Shown: one piece after another, positions 23,166-36,988 of the stretch
Numbering within the stretch: the first letter of the stretch is position 1
Layout of the letters: each line of letters starts with the position of its first letter
Source: Spizellomyces punctatus DAOM BR117
Taxonomy: Eukaryota
Strand: one strand, 5' to 3'
DNA length: 64,000 nt
Assembly: GCA_000182565.2 (NCBI GenBank)
Contig: KQ257457.1
Translations under genes and position numbers: made by a program
Notes under the pieces: model-generated
Seen by the model: only the letters and a program-made list of their open reading frames with translations
Database searches by the model: none
Told to the model about the DNA's origin: nothing

Positions 23166-23981
23166 TTAGAGGAGCTGGCAACCGGGCTTCTTACCGCCCT
23201 TCTTTATCCGGGACACAGTCAGAGCGGCCCTCGTGGCGTGCTCAAACACCTCTCTGACACCCTCGTTTGTTCTTGCACTGCATTCAAGGTATTTCCAGGC
23301 GGCAATCTTTTGAGCAACTGCTTGGCCCTACCAAGGAAGAACATGTTGAATCAGTTTCGCGTCCGTGAAAGAAAAGGTATTTGCCGATTCTTTGTAGAGA
23401 CTCACCTCCTCAGGAGTAACGGGAGACTGGTGAGTCTTGCGCAGCTCCTCAATGGTCTTGGGATCGTTCCGCAAATCCTTTTTACATCCAACCAAAATAA
23501 TTGGCAGTCCCGCGCAAAAGTGTAACACCTCAGAAATCCACTGCAAACGATAACAATCACAAACATTTTAGAATCACATTTATTCGCAGGAAAATGTTTT
23601 GAAAATTCGTCGAAAACAAACCTTTTCCTGAACATTGTCTAGCGAATCGGGGGAGTCAATGGCGAAACAGATGAGGATGACGTGCGAGTCGGGGTAAGAA
23701 AGCGGACGCAAACGGTCATAGTCTTCTTGCCCAGCGGTATCCCAAAGAGCAAGCTCAACTCGCTTGCCATCCACCTCCACGTCCGCCACATAGTTTTCGA
23801 AAACGGTAGGGACGTACACCTGCCAAACCATAGCTACGGGTTAACGAACCTTCCTTTGATGTGCTGAGATAACGTGTCAACATACCTCGGGGAAGGTCCC
23901 CTTGGAAAAGACAATCAACAAACATGTCTTTCCGCAGGCACCGTCACCGACAATAACCAGCTTGCGACGAAGTTCAGACAT
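23166..23981 (-). CDS. RHO1: Rho1 small GTPase (4 exons)
   Basis: [85 protein letters not shown] (CAAX). Confidence 0.97.
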
Positions 23982-25959
23982 TTGTAAAAGGTAGATGCAA
24001 GGTGAGGGTAAAAGGTACTGCACCAAAAAAAGAGAAAAGAGTATGAACGAGAACAAGGTTAGCGGTCCGCTATTTGTCAAAATTTTCCTGCAGCCAGAGG
24101 TTTTCCTCATGTCGAATCAGGTTGCCCTCTGCAGAGTCAGCATGCATGAAAGTAATAGCATGGCGACCATCCACTACCTCGTTTCCTGCCAACTATCGAC
24201 AAAATGTCTAATGCTTCCAAGTGAAATTCGACAGATTGTCTTTTGCAGTCCATGTGCGCGTCTAACCATCTCCGACATGCCACGGCAATCCCACGAGCTC
24301 TTACCTAGTAGAATGTGGATAACGTCGCCGTATGCAGCAATTGCTTCAGAACCCAGACGGTAACGAGCAAACTGAATGGGCAAAAAGGGGAACAAAATGG
24401 CAAAGTGATGAAAAGTGCACGAGTAAGGTTGGCCGTTTTTGCGTGGACGTGTAAAAATACAAGGGTTGCTTACGACGGACGAGTGAGGGGGCTCTCAAAG
24501 ACTGCCAGAAACCAGTCTTTAGCGATGACAAGTAAATGGAGGCGAGCAAATAGCAACGCCAATAAATGGAAAGCCGACGACGGACGACGACGGACGACAA
24601 ACAAAAAACCAACCAAAATAAAAATGGGAGAACAGCAAGGGGGGGATTCAACAACAAAATCTCTCTTCAAGAAGAAGCCGAACGGGTGTTTTCCCTCTTG
24701 GTGGGATTATTTCCTTTTTAGGCAATTACATGCCACATTCTAATCACATTAATTGGTTATGGCTTGTGATTGCTGTCTTCTAGTTATTCTTTTTGTTTAT
24801 TTTCTTTTTGTTAGTGCATACAAGTGTGCTTTTGCTTCTTTCCTTTTTGTTATTTGCAACGTAGGATAGGAGCAAGAAGGGAAATGTATTTGTTGAAGGA
24901 TAAAGACTGCATGGCGAATATTTCAATTTCACATGACTCATGAGCGTCATTCATTTTGTTGGTTTGGTCAGATGCGAGTGGGCATGAAACGAGTCTTGAT
25001 GATAAAAAGTATGTAGTGGAATGATAGGTCAGTTTGTGAGTGACATTTGTTACCGAACCATGTCCCCCATATCCCACTTGTCCCAACAAAACCTGTCTTT
25101 GGAATATGGTTGATGCTTATGGTATTCCTTACTCTCCTAGAGTGTTGCAAAGTGTCGAGTACTCTATTGGATTGTGAATCGCGTGTCAGCACACACACAG
25201 CCGGTCATTTGCATGGTGGACATTGGGGTGGTTTTGCCCTTGTCCAAATTGCCATTCCTTTTTGTTTCCGATGAGATTTCTCGCCCATCTTTTTGAGGCT
25301 GGAGGCTTTTTGTCATTGTTTTCTCCATTGTTTGCTTTCACGGTTTGCTGGCATGGCCAAGTTGTCTGTGTGTGTTGCGGTTAAAGCACTGTGCATATCT
25401 TGAAAAAAAGCATATCTCACCAAACCCTTTGCCCTCCGTTGCTCAGCCTCTTGGATACAACCAATCAACTAACGATATTTATCCATAAAAGGAAATTTAG
25501 TACTAGCACAGCCACCTCACACTCGTAACTTTTTGCACACTTTCGACTTCGCCTGCTCTCCGTGCTTTTTGACTTTTGCTTGTGAGCAGAATACCCAGAG
25601 CACAGGAGGGGTTGGAGGGGACTCAAAATGAATGGCATTTGATGTATAGAGCAGCATTGATTTCACTCTCTCTTGATCTTGATTTTGTTTTTTGCAAAGG
25701 CTTTGTTTATCGCTTTCGGTTGGCATACCTGCGGTCTGGCTTTTGCTGGGTTGCTTTATACGTTTTTGATTTTGCTGCAAAGGTATGTCTTCTATGCGGC
25801 AAGCATATGCTCGAGTCGTTCAGTATTTGGCGACAGCTGTCTCGTTGACACATGAGCTTATTTCGCACCTGGTTGTTAGTTTACAAATAATTAAAAGCGG
25901 ATTTCTTCAAACGACCGTATCGCCATCATTGAGCCCTCTGCTGTAACTACCGCTGCACC

Positions 25960-28900
25960 ATGGGACAAGATACGTGGTGGAACAAGATCCGGGTTTCGTT
26001 GATGGTCTTGTGGATATTAGCTATCCTACAATCAACAAATGGAGATCCACAGACTGGACACATCACACCACGGCATGATGACGATAACACATTGAGCGCT
26101 CTCGGACATGATGCAGACGTGGCATTACCCATCGGGCTCCCTGATCCCGCTACCTTACGATTTGGTCAACTGTTTTACCAAGATGCACCCGGCCAAACCT
26201 CGTACGGGGGAGGAAATTACTCGTTTTTCATTCGATACAATCTTACGGATGCTGGGACCGCGAATGAAGCATTGCATATCCTGCTTGTGCTTGCGGGGCC
26301 ATCAGATCCAAATCATCCTGGAGCGCTAGCAAGACCATGGGCAGCTATCGGTTATGGGGAAAGGTAAGGTGTTTACGGAACATGTCCTATATAGATTTGT
26401 CATTTTGCCAACAAGTTGCCATTTGACTTTAGCATGCTGAGAGGGGAGATGAATGTTTGCCACTCCTTTGCGGCGACAGGCGAGGATGTAAAAGTTCATG
26501 AACATTTCACCATGAAAAAGTATCTTGCACCCTATGAATACGAAGGTCCCAATCAGCTGGTAACGCCCATTCAAGGCGTGTTCCGCAATGGGCTGCTGTC
26601 CTGTCATTTCAAGCGCCAAACGCACTCAAATGACTCTTTACACTATTCTCTGGACGTGCATGGTGCAACACGGATGCTCTGGGCCTTCAATCCCCGACCA
26701 CAGAAAAACTACCGCGGAGAATGGTTCTCGTATCACGATACTGGGCACCGTGGGGCACTGGTTGCGAATCTTGCGGACGGTATGATGGCCCCGCGCGACA
26801 CGCCCAACTTTGATTTGAAGGCCCTGCACGGATTTGGCATGGCATCAGTGTGGATGATTTTGTTCCCTGCTTCTGTATTTTACGCCCGATACCTCCGGTC
26901 CAAATATGGTTGGATCGTTTTTCATATTTCCGCTCAAGCAACGGGTATCGTTGCCATCTGCATATTTTTGACGGTGATATTGCTCGAGGTCCAGTATTGG
27001 GATCGGCCGCACTCGATATTGGGCGCGACGTTGATTGGATTCTTGGCTGTTCAGCTTTCGTTGGGGATACCGAATGTAATGGGGTTGTGGAATGAAGAAT
27101 TGGATCGGATTCGACCCGTGATTCGGCTCATTCATAGGTTTTTGGGTGCAACGTTAATGCTGGCATCGGTCGTCCAGGTTTATCTGGGTCTTGATACCTT
27201 GTTTCCCTTTGCCGAACCTCGGGTGGTAGTGGTCTGGATTCTCTATTTCGTGGTGATTGCAGGATGGGTCACTGCTTTCTTAGCGACAGAATTATACTTT
27301 CGTCGTCGTCTGGTGAGAAAGGACGTTGGCATGGGCGGTGTGGTGATACCCCCATCCTCGCAGGGGAAAAACGGCGGAGGAAAATACGTGGCGGCCAAGA
27401 CGACGGATCTCCCGGCCATGCAGGTAGATATGATGCAAGAACGGCTCAGGCCCGGTATGAGGACATTTACATGGCAGACTTTGAATGAAACGATCCTCGG
27501 CGGCGAAATGCTGGTGGTTGCCAATTCGCGATATGTGTATGATATTTCAAAATGGATTCGTTCGCATCCCGGTGGACAAATTATTCTTCATGCAGTGTGT
27601 GGAACGGACATTAGGTAACTTTGATAATCGTTCCGGCACCGATAGAGTGACGTCGACCTTGTGTACATTGCTAAAACATCCTGCTCGTTTCTAGTAACGA
27701 TTACTTTCACGAAGCTGGTTTTGATGCTGAAGAATTCACACCCAAACCCGCTGTACCCGCCCAACGTCCTGACCGTATCCATGCAGGGGCTGTCACCCGA
27801 GTCCGGTCAGGATCGTTCTCAGTCTCCATATCCCCGAGCGAAGTGCAATCCGCCATTGAAACAACACGACGTCTCCCATCCATGAACGAACAAGACTGGC
27901 GACATATTACAAAATCCCGCCGAACGCATGTACATACCAAACTCGCCTTACAGAAACTCTCTGATTTGATCGTTGGCGAGCTCATGCCTTCCGATGACGC
28001 ACCGTTTGACGAATCCATCAAGACACTTGCGCCTTCTCTTAAATCCGCAACCTCTGGCACAGGCATTCCATTTGATCGATACGAGTTCCGTCGGTACGCT
28101 CTCACTGAAAAGGAACTCATCAACCCAACAGCGATTGGAAACCGTACACCCGTCTATCGTCTTCGTTTTTGCTTACTCTATCCCTACGATACCCGCGATA
28201 ATGAGCCCGAGGCCTTTATCCCTGGGCAATGTATTGAACTGCAAATGCGCATTAATAACCGGTTGGAATCAAGATACTATACGCCGTATACGGGGAGTTT
28301 AACGGCCTTTGAGATCCATGTCAAAATGTACGATCAGGGAACCATGACGGGATTCCTCAAGCGACAGCGAGTGGGTGATCGGCAGTATCGGATTCGGGGA
28401 CCGTTTGGTGCGAGTATTTTGCCAGAGGCTTGGAGGAGGGTGGAGCGTCCTTTGGGGATGGGAAGGGAGGAGAAGCGGTTGTGCTATTTTGCTGGGGGGA
28501 GTGGTATTGCTCCGTTTTTGCAGGTTGTACATGAAGTGCTGTTGCCTGTTTATGTGCCTTTGGTGGTAAGTATTGGGCGTTTGATTCAGAGTACTGGAAT
28601 GAAATGTGAGAGTAATGACTATGTTTTTCTTCATTGGTGTGTAGGTCACTAGTGAGTATATACCCACTATCCCTGACGAACTCGTTCTGAATCCCGGTGA
28701 CCGTGTCATAGCCAAACACCACGTAAGTCGTTCAGCGTTTTCCTCGTTGTTATTTGCGATAAGCTGACATGTTCAAACTTTAACAGTATTATGACGGCTG
28801 GTGTCTTGGGATGAACCTCACGACCTCGACTGAAGGCGTTTTCCCCCTCTCCGCGACAGCACCCCCTTGCAACCCGAACAGCAAGCTCGTCTTGATCCAC

Positions 28901-29275
28901 TCCATCCGCACTCCAGACGAAATCTTTGGTCGCGAGGTCCTAGAAGGTGTCATGTTGTCCTATCCCGAACAACTCGCCGTGTACTATTTCGTCGATAGTG
29001 TCACCTCTCCTATTGAACTGGGTGTTGTTCAACAAGGGCGGTTAACCCAAAAGCGTATTGACGCCATTTTAACTGAAGTTGGATTCGAGAGTGAGGGTGG
29101 TGTGGACTTGACAGAGGAGGCCGAGGAGGAGGGGACAAAGTCTTGTGTTGTGTGTGGGCCGCCTGGGTATGATTCGTTTGTAGTGGATTGTTTGATGGAG
29201 TGTGGTGTGGGTGGCCGGGGTTTTGGACGGGAGGTCAAGGTGTTGCCGAGTGATCGGTGGGTGGAGAAGCTGTGA
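25960..29275 (+). CDS. Membrane oxidoreductase: signal peptide, DOMON, cytochrome b561, cytochrome b5-like, FAD-binding and NAD-binding (FNR) domains with an inserted SH3
   Basis: WAAIGYGE|SM (DOMON); ALHGFGM..FHISAQ..PHSILG..IHRFLG (four b561 His); VYDISKWIRSHPGG (b5); SRYYTPY..GTMTGFL..IRGPFG..FAGGSGIAPFLQ; DELVLNPGD..DGWCLGMN..EGVFP (SH3); VVCGPPG. Confidence 0.9.
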
Positions 29276-29482
29276 AGAGGATGATGGTGTTATATATATC
29301 GTAGTAATTCTTTTTTTACTTTTTTGCTTGTATATTTTGATACACACATGTACTTTTACAGACATGATATTGGTATGATGATGGTGTTTTGTTTTTTCTT
29401 GGAAGCGTTCCAACAACAGGTATCCACAAACAGGACATACTCTCTATGTAACTATGTAAACCAAACCAGAGGTTCCCCATCA

Positions 29483-30791
29483 TCACTCTTCCATGGCCTC
29501 CCTCTCTACAGCCGTACAAACGGCAGCAACCAAATCCCCACACGTAATGACACCCACGGGCCTCCGACATGAATCCACAATCCAAACCTGCCTAGCACCA
29601 CCACGAACAACCTTATCCACAACATCCAAAAACCCGTCATCCTCAAAAACAACCGTCAAAACATCCTCTTGCCCCGTTTCTTTCAAAAATTGGAGCGCGG
29701 GTTTCAACATACTCGATACATTCAACGGATGCAATCCACGTAACGCAAATGCCGACCACTCGGCTTCAAGCCGACCCGTAGATGGACAAACAAGAGCACA
29801 ACAAGGGAGTTTACGGTCCCAAAGGGCTCGAAATGCCGCAGCAGCCGTTAAATCCCTTGTCAAGGGAATGGAAAACATCATGGTGGGTGTAAACGAATGC
29901 ACGGCGAATTCGGGTATACCCTCCCCTGTATTTGTATCATATTTCTTTGCGTGGAGGTACAAATCTTTTGCGGTCATACGTGCAAGATGAGAACTCATTG
30001 CCGTGTCTTTCAAAAACGGATGTAACCATCTAATCAGATCGCTTTGTGTGATCACACGGAGCTGGTCTAAAGGTGCTTCGAGGGATTCACCTAGGTCGTC
30101 TTTTGTGAGTGTTGCGGGTGTGCTCGCGTTGAATCGAATGAGGGCTCGATCGTTTAAACGGGATTTGAGAATGTCAAAGGATTTACGGATTGGGTTGTTT
30201 GGGGTTTGGATGTTGAGTTTGGCGGATTGGGGTGTTAGGCTGATGATGGATGAGACTGTCGTTGTGTTTTCGCAAGTTTTGTTTAAAATGTGTGTGTTGG
30301 TAAGGAGTTTTGGTATACATACCTTTCTTGTCAAAAAAGCTCGACTTGTCTCGATTCCGTTCATCAAATTGGAGTCCCGCTTCCTCGGATATGGGGGATA
30401 AACCAAACAGGGTAAAAATATCAAGAAAGGAGACTGTCGAGAGGTATCGTCTTTTATTGTCAGCAGTCATTTCGTAGACGGGGAGAAAGCACAGGTCATG
30501 TCGACGAAGAACCTACAAACAAAGCTCCTCATTTACTTTCAATTCTACAAAACTTGCAAACAAGCAGTGACATACCTCTAGGACTTGTCCAATACTCGTA
30601 TCCTTTTCAACAGCAACAAGGTCCGTCTTTTGCATATCATCACCCGTACCATCAGATATCAATCCATGCGCACAATGTTCAAGTTTGTTACTGTGTTTGG
30701 AACAAGAGTGGGTGGGTATCGAGTCTAAGAGTTTGTGAAGAGGTGTTGTACCGAGGAGGTCGGTGAGGCTGTTTGTAGCGAGTTTGGACAT
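29483..30791 (-). CDS. CBS-domain protein (AMPK-gamma/Sds23-like)
   Basis: VAVEKDTSIGQVLE..L..PVY, VITQSDLIRWL, VWIVDSCRRPVGVITCGDLV CBS repeats. Introns near 30520-30575 and probably 30270-30390. Confidence 0.8.
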
Positions 30792-32157
30792 TTTTTGGTT
30801 TAAATATACGCAGAATGTTTTTTATGGTGTGATTTTATGGACAAGGTCGGTTTAGCGTTTCTTATATTCTTTTCAAAAAAGTGGATTTCTGGATATCTGA
30901 AATAAAAAGAGCAACCGATACATGGCTTTTTTGGTGTGCTATCGACTTGGGGCCCCCGTGACAAAAAGCGTGACGCCTTCCGATGAACGGAAATGTGTAT
31001 CAACAATCCATATGTGTTTTGGAGACCATAAAAGGAGGAGGAAGGGAGGCATTTGTGGATGCAGTTTGCCGTTTGTAGCGACCAGGTTTGGTAGAAATGG
31101 AGATGGTCGAAGGGGAACGCAAACGAGGCAGAAGTACTCGAACGAAAAGGCGGGCGGGCAGCCCCCCATAACAATAACACACACACACACAATATACGTA
31201 TGTACTCTACATTATCTAAAAGCAACATGCCCTGTAAAATGCGCAGCGAAAACAATTTCCCAAAACATAACAAAAGCTTCCAAAAGGTGTCTGGCCCAAC
31301 ATCAACGTGCGCAGCAGATCATTGAACACTGCATCATATTGCGCGTACAGGAGGTCTCTAAAGGAGAGAACAAACACTCCAATACACACACACTATTACA
31401 AAATTAAAAAAAGAACACTATTAGTTTTATGAATAGCCCCCCTCATCGTTCTGTGGGTATAGTTAAAAAAGAACACATCGAATTTCAACGAGCGGTATTT
31501 TTTGGCCCGAGGGGGGCCCACTGGGTCAAACGGTTCAACAACAAAAAAGCCCATTACAACCCACAAACACACTACTGGAAACTCCGACAGAACAACGCAT
31601 TACACGCACTCTCGTAGCGCGCAGTGGAGGGATATATAAAAGCAACTAGGATCTTTAAACTTTTCTTGTCTTGGACTCGTTTTTGTCGAGAAAAAAAACA
31701 AAGTTGAAAGGTATGTAACGGTTATTGCTTATTAGAGCAGAGCGACGCGCGTGTTGAAGGGAAACGCGAGATGAACAAACGCGAGGGGGTTGCTGCCAAG
31801 ATTGCTGCGAGAGATGCAGATGACATGACCAAAAAAGAAGGATACCGTTAGCGTAAAAGGCGAAAAACGCTGCGTAAAAAGCACTCGATAAACGGCGTAC
31901 GCAACGCAACCGCACTACACAACACTGCAGATATTCGTAGTGTTTTTTCGTTTTTTGGTGCGCAAAGGTTGGGCCACTGCGCGCCCGAACGGGGCCAGTT
32001 CTTCCCCCAGTACGCAGCTATCAAGAAACCCAAAAAGCTCTCGATAAACGAGGTTATCTAACTCGTTCTCTCCAGTGTTTTAGTTAGCGGACCCAAAACC
32101 AGTTCTTTTGGCATTTCTTTGATATACGATATTCCGTCAACGTAACAGCAAAACACC

Positions 32158-34275
32158 ATGAGCTACTACGCAGCTCCCTACGACTACTTTCCCATCCACC
32201 CCCGGTTTCCACCCCCAGATCTGCACGCACCACCACAACAGCATGTGCATCCCGAGATGCACCCACCAGAAGAATGGTGTTATGGCCCTCCACCGCCGGC
32301 ACCACCACCACCCATGTACCCCCCACAACATTACGCAGCATTTGAATACGAGCCACATATACCGGAACGAACAAGTAATTTAGGCAATAGTTTCGCGATT
32401 CCAAAAGGAACGCGGAATGCTATGCATCGTGTTACGGAGATGGGGAATAATATTGTGTTGACGGGGAAGAGGGGTCGACCTCAATCTGTTGGTGCCACGA
32501 CAACGACGACAATGACGACTTTGACGATGAATACCAATACGACGATAGCGAGTACGAGACCAGGGGGCATGGCAGCATCTGCTGGAGACGTACCCATCAA
32601 ATCCGAACAACCACCCAAAAAATCCAGCACACCCCCAACAACAACAACAACATCCAAACCCACACCCATTCCCAAACCCTCTTGTTCATCATCCTCACCA
32701 CCCCCCTCTCAATTCCTCATTGCACCCCCAGCATGGAAGCGCATGTTTGAAACCGCTCGAACAAGAGCACAAGGTGAATCCGGTGTAGCAGCCCCAGTAG
32801 TCGAACTCGCCTCCCAAATGCTCAATAAACGTTGCATGACCACCGTGGACCAAAAACGGAAATTTGTCATGATGGTCGATGCAACTATTCTGCGACGAGG
32901 TGTATTGAGTAGTCGGAGTCATGAAGGCATGACGGTTGCGTTGTATTTGTTTCAACCTGGGAGAGGAAGTGGGGGGGAGTTGGTGAGTACTGAGACCATG
33001 TTGTGTCGGATGAGGATTTTTGTAGAGGATACGAGATTATTGGTAGGTTTTATCATGTGTGAAAAAATTGGACGCATTATGGATGTTTTTACCAATTTTT
33101 GTTCTTTTATGAATGTAGCCAGCAAATGGCATGTCCAATGGTGTGCAAATCAACCTTCTCCCCGCCCTCACGGCCGATAAATTTGAGAAAAAGACGGTGA
33201 CGATTTCCGTAGAGGCGAGGCCAGAGGATTTTGCACATGGGTTAGCCATGGTGTGCTTGAGACGATTGGAAAATCCGGTATGTCTTTTACATTTGTTTGT
33301 TTTATGTTTTGTCACCCATGCTTATTTTGAGTCTTTAGATGTGTGTATCGAGGCCTTGTGCACCTGTTCCTGGTACGTCTATGTAAACTCACTGGCACTT
33401 TAAACAATGCGCTAACCCCATAATGAATAGCACCAGTCCCCTCTCTTCTCCGCCGACACTCTGCCCCCGTCCGACCAGCATACCCCCTCATCGCCCCCGC
33501 AGCCGTCCCCACCAAACGCTCCGCTTCAACTCTTTCCGCCTCGCCAAGCCGTGCCTCTGAGCCTTGTGTACCGGAACGAGAGGAAGACGATGCAGTGCAG
33601 GTTGGAGATCAGATTGTGAGTCTTGTGTGTCCGATTGCGTTGAAGAGGATTGGGGTGCCGGGCAAGGGACGCAAGTGTCGGCATGTGCAATGTTTTGATT
33701 TAGAGGTATGTTTTTGTGCGTGTAGTGGAAAGTATGTGTGTCTCTGTGTGTTAACGAATGTTGTATGCTGGGGAATAGACATTTGCCAAACTCTCTCGAT
33801 CAAGTCCGAAATGGAAGTGTGCCGTCTGTAACGACGTGATTGACAAGACGGTATATAATCCACTTTTTATATCTTCTATCAAATATTTGTTTGTTTTAAC
33901 AATTTTACATTTTAGGACTTGACGGTTTCCGAACCCTTTCTGCACCTCCTAGCAGCCTACCCCGACGCACCCCGCTGCATCGTCCGCGCAAACGGGTCCC
34001 ACGCACCCTACACAGAACCCAGCCGCAAAAAACAAAAACGCAACATGGTTGTCGATTTATGTCAAGATGAACCAGAGAAATTGTATTGGGTAGATCGAGC
34101 GGGTCAAGATGATTCATCCGAGAATAATGGAGACGTACCAAACGGACCGGTCGATGACCGCGATGTGAGGATTCAACGTATTTTCCATCAGGCTGCTGTT
34201 GAGGCTCAACCCTCTTCACCTCCTCGCGGGGTGGGTGGCATGTGTGCCGGTATCGTTTCTCCAAAGTTTACGTGA
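32158..34275 (+). CDS. SP-RING (zf-MIZ) protein, Siz/PIAS/Zmiz-like SUMO E3 ligase
   Basis: Pro/Tyr-rich N-terminus; VSLVCPIALKRIGVPGKGRKCRHVQCFDLE|TF..WKCAVCN; SIM-like VVDLCQDE. Confidence 0.85.
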
Positions 34276-34488
34276 AAGAGACGAAATGTTGTTTAATTAT
34301 ACCCCCGCCCTTTTTTGTTGTTTTCAACAAAAAAAAACCCATAATTTAATGATTGTTGGTGTTTTTGTTTTTTTTTTCTCCCTTTAGAGTAGATATGCTG
34401 GGGAAGGATATTAGTGAAAGGGGGGGCTGGTTTTGGGTAGATGTTAGAAGTGTTGAAAGACGGGGAAACAGAGGATAGGTTTTTTTTT

Positions 34489-34523
34489 GAGAGAGAGAGA
34501 GAGAGAGAGTGAGAAAGAGAGAG
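34489..34523. repeat. (GA)n microsatellite
   Basis: gagagagaga... run, slightly interrupted. Confidence 0.9.
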
Positions 34524-34655
34524 AATACAATAAAGATGTGTGCTTTTTTCTTGTTTGAATATCCATTGGAATTGTTTTTTACGTACGGTATGATACCCAC
34601 AACGTATATTCAACAGTTCAACATTTGAAAAGATTCACGTTTTTGAATGACTTTT

Positions 34656-35431
34656 TCAAACCCACCATCCCTCACACTGATGCATCTTTTCAATACTCTT
34701 TTCCGGGTACGTTTCAAAAAACTCATGCTCCCCCGGCACGACAAACACATTCCCTTCTTTTTCTTGTCGTTGGGGAAGAGGCACCCAATTGGCTTTAGAG
34801 TTGATCATAATATGTTGGGTTTTTGGTGCGGGTGGGAGGGGGGTGTCGATTGCGGATGCGAATGGGTAGATCCATTGTGGCCAACTTTTAAGTGTGTTTT
34901 AGGGGGGGTTGTGGGGAAAGTATGGGAGGGAATGGAGAGTTCATTACCTTGGATCAAAAGCCCAGAGAAAGGATCCACAGTTTTGACAAAAGTGTCGGTG
35001 ATTCGTACTAGAATTCAACAAAAGATTCATTGTTATTCCTTGTAGAATAGTCCAATGTACGAAATCCAAGAGTTTCACCTCAACTCATCGGAATCCTTGT
35101 CCTTTTTCGCTCGATAAACCCTTTTATGCACACACGATCAATCACTCAACACTCCTTTTTAAACCAAAAAACATTCCGTACTTGACATGTTCACGACCCG
35201 TCACAACCAAAGATGCAGCATCTCCCATGATATTAATAGCGTACCCTCCTCCACCGGCTGTCTTGCGACAAATCGAACTGGAGAAAAAAATATGGGGGTT
35301 GTGATAAGGTGTCAGATGAAAAGAATGTGTTTGTGGTTACGATACCAGTAGCAGTGCATGTAGGGTACGGGTGTGTGGGATGTGAGCGTGAATGTTACGA
35401 GGCCGCAGTGGCAGGAGCCTTTAAGGTCCAT
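34656..35431 (-). CDS. GFA / CENP-V family protein (multi-exon; missed by the ORF track)
   Basis: Spliced: MDLKGSCHCGLVTF..YMHCYC|SICRKTAGGGGYAINIMG..RHFCQNCGSFLWAFDP|SWPQWIYPFASAIDTPLP..HIMINSKANWV. Confidence 0.88.
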
Positions 35432-35768
35432 CGTTGAAAAAAGTTGACAAAAAAAACGTTTGAGAATGGACAACGAGGTGATTGTTCAAAAGCATGCTAG
35501 TGACGTGTTTACAGTGACGTGTTAAGAACACTATGGAGGTGAGCTTTGGGTAAAAAAGGCATGCAGAAGATGGGTTTTCAATCGACGGGACAACGAAGGG
35601 AGGGTTAATGAAACAAGGCAATGCAAGTATTCCTCTCCACAACAAATGGCAACAAGCTTTCCAATTCTATTTCAACACAAAATGTGCTTTCCATCTTGAA
35701 CAGCCCAAACTACGCTAAACGAAACGCTACAGAAACAAACGATGAACAAAAAAAAACCTATAGATCTC

Positions 35769-36125
35769 TTATGAAACAAATATCGAGCCTTTAGCAGTCG
35801 CCGTCGGCGTCCCGCAACTTAAATTCACAATACTCCCCGACCGAGTAGCAGGCGCCTCAGCACTATCAAAAGCATAAACCGTTAAAGCGCCAAATGAAAC
35901 TGATGAGCGCTTTGAATGGGACATGCGAGGAGAGGAGGGACAGGATCTGGCGCGATGGGCAAGCGGGTGTAAAGTCTGGGGCTGTTGGAGGGATGTGGAG
36001 CGGATGAGGTGGCGGCGAAGTGAAAAGGAAGAAGAAGACGAAGAAGCTGGTAAAGGGTCGTTCCGTGTTGCGCGGAGGGCAGCTGCGAGTCGTTTGAGAG
36101 GGTCTAGATGGTCATGCTGAGACAT
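35769..36125 (-). CDS. Small Ser-rich protein (118 aa) with a possible PP1-docking-like SVSF motif
   Basis: ATG at 36125 in good context. KRSSVSFGALTVYAFDSAEAP resembles RVxF plus a downstream hydrophobic motif. No recognisable folded domain. Confidence 0.45.
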   Translation of the reverse strand: MSQHDHLDPLKRLAAALRATRNDPLPASSSSSSFSLRRHLIRSTSLQQPQTLHPLAHRARSCPSSPRMSHSKRSSVSFGALTVYAFDSAEAPATRSGSIVNLSCGTPTATAKGSIFVS

Positions 36126-36188
36126 GATGAGGGACCATAAAACAGGAACAAAAAAAAAACAAAAAATCACGATGTGTTTGTCCAGTGA

Positions 36189-36215
36189 TGTGTGTGTGTG
36201 TGTGTGTGTGTGTGT
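36189..36215. repeat. (TG)n microsatellite
   Basis: tgtgtgtgtg run. Confidence 0.9.
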
Positions 36216-36988
36216 AGGAGATATCCTTAAAAGAAGAAAAATGGTCAGCAAGAAAACGATGGTCGAGGTCTTGTCATAGAATGCGTTTGTTGACCAAGTG
36301 GGCACATTTTGCTCTAGGTCCGTTCTAACCTTTGAAATCCCAATGTGTTCTTTGTAGATCCTTCTAAGCGTGTCCCGCTTGAGTATGCACTCTCAATGAA
36401 ACACTATGCAGGGTAGATCCTTACTAGACGGAAGGGGAGACAGGGAGGTCCAGAACGAAAAAAAAGCCTAAAATGCTGTGCGCAAAAGATGAATGGAAAC
36501 ATGATGACCATATAACCCTTTTAAATCGCTAATCACGTTGTTTGCATAATAATAAGAGATTGAAAATATCCCAAATCCCTAACTGTCTGAATCATAAACT
36601 TCCGTTCTATGTGGGGGAATCAATCTGTTTTTTTTAGCCTGAATAGCATGCGTGGAGGTTCAATCTGTAGCGATTGAATGGAGGGTGGACGAGCGGAGGG
36701 GAATCATTTACTTTTCGAGTTGAATGTGCTGACATATTCTTTTTTGGAACAGTTCGAGACTCTTGTATTGCTGAGCTATTGTCTCCCTTCATATACATTG
36801 ACGACAGTTATGCTCATCGGCGATATCTCCAAATCACTTTTGGCACACAACGAACAGAACGCATTGAGATCGTGATTATGTCATATGAGTATTAGCACGT
36901 GATATGTGCTTACGCTCATGCACTTGTCTGCATTTCACACTTCTACACTTTGTATTGTTTTTATTCCTTTTTATTTGGTATTTTCACC

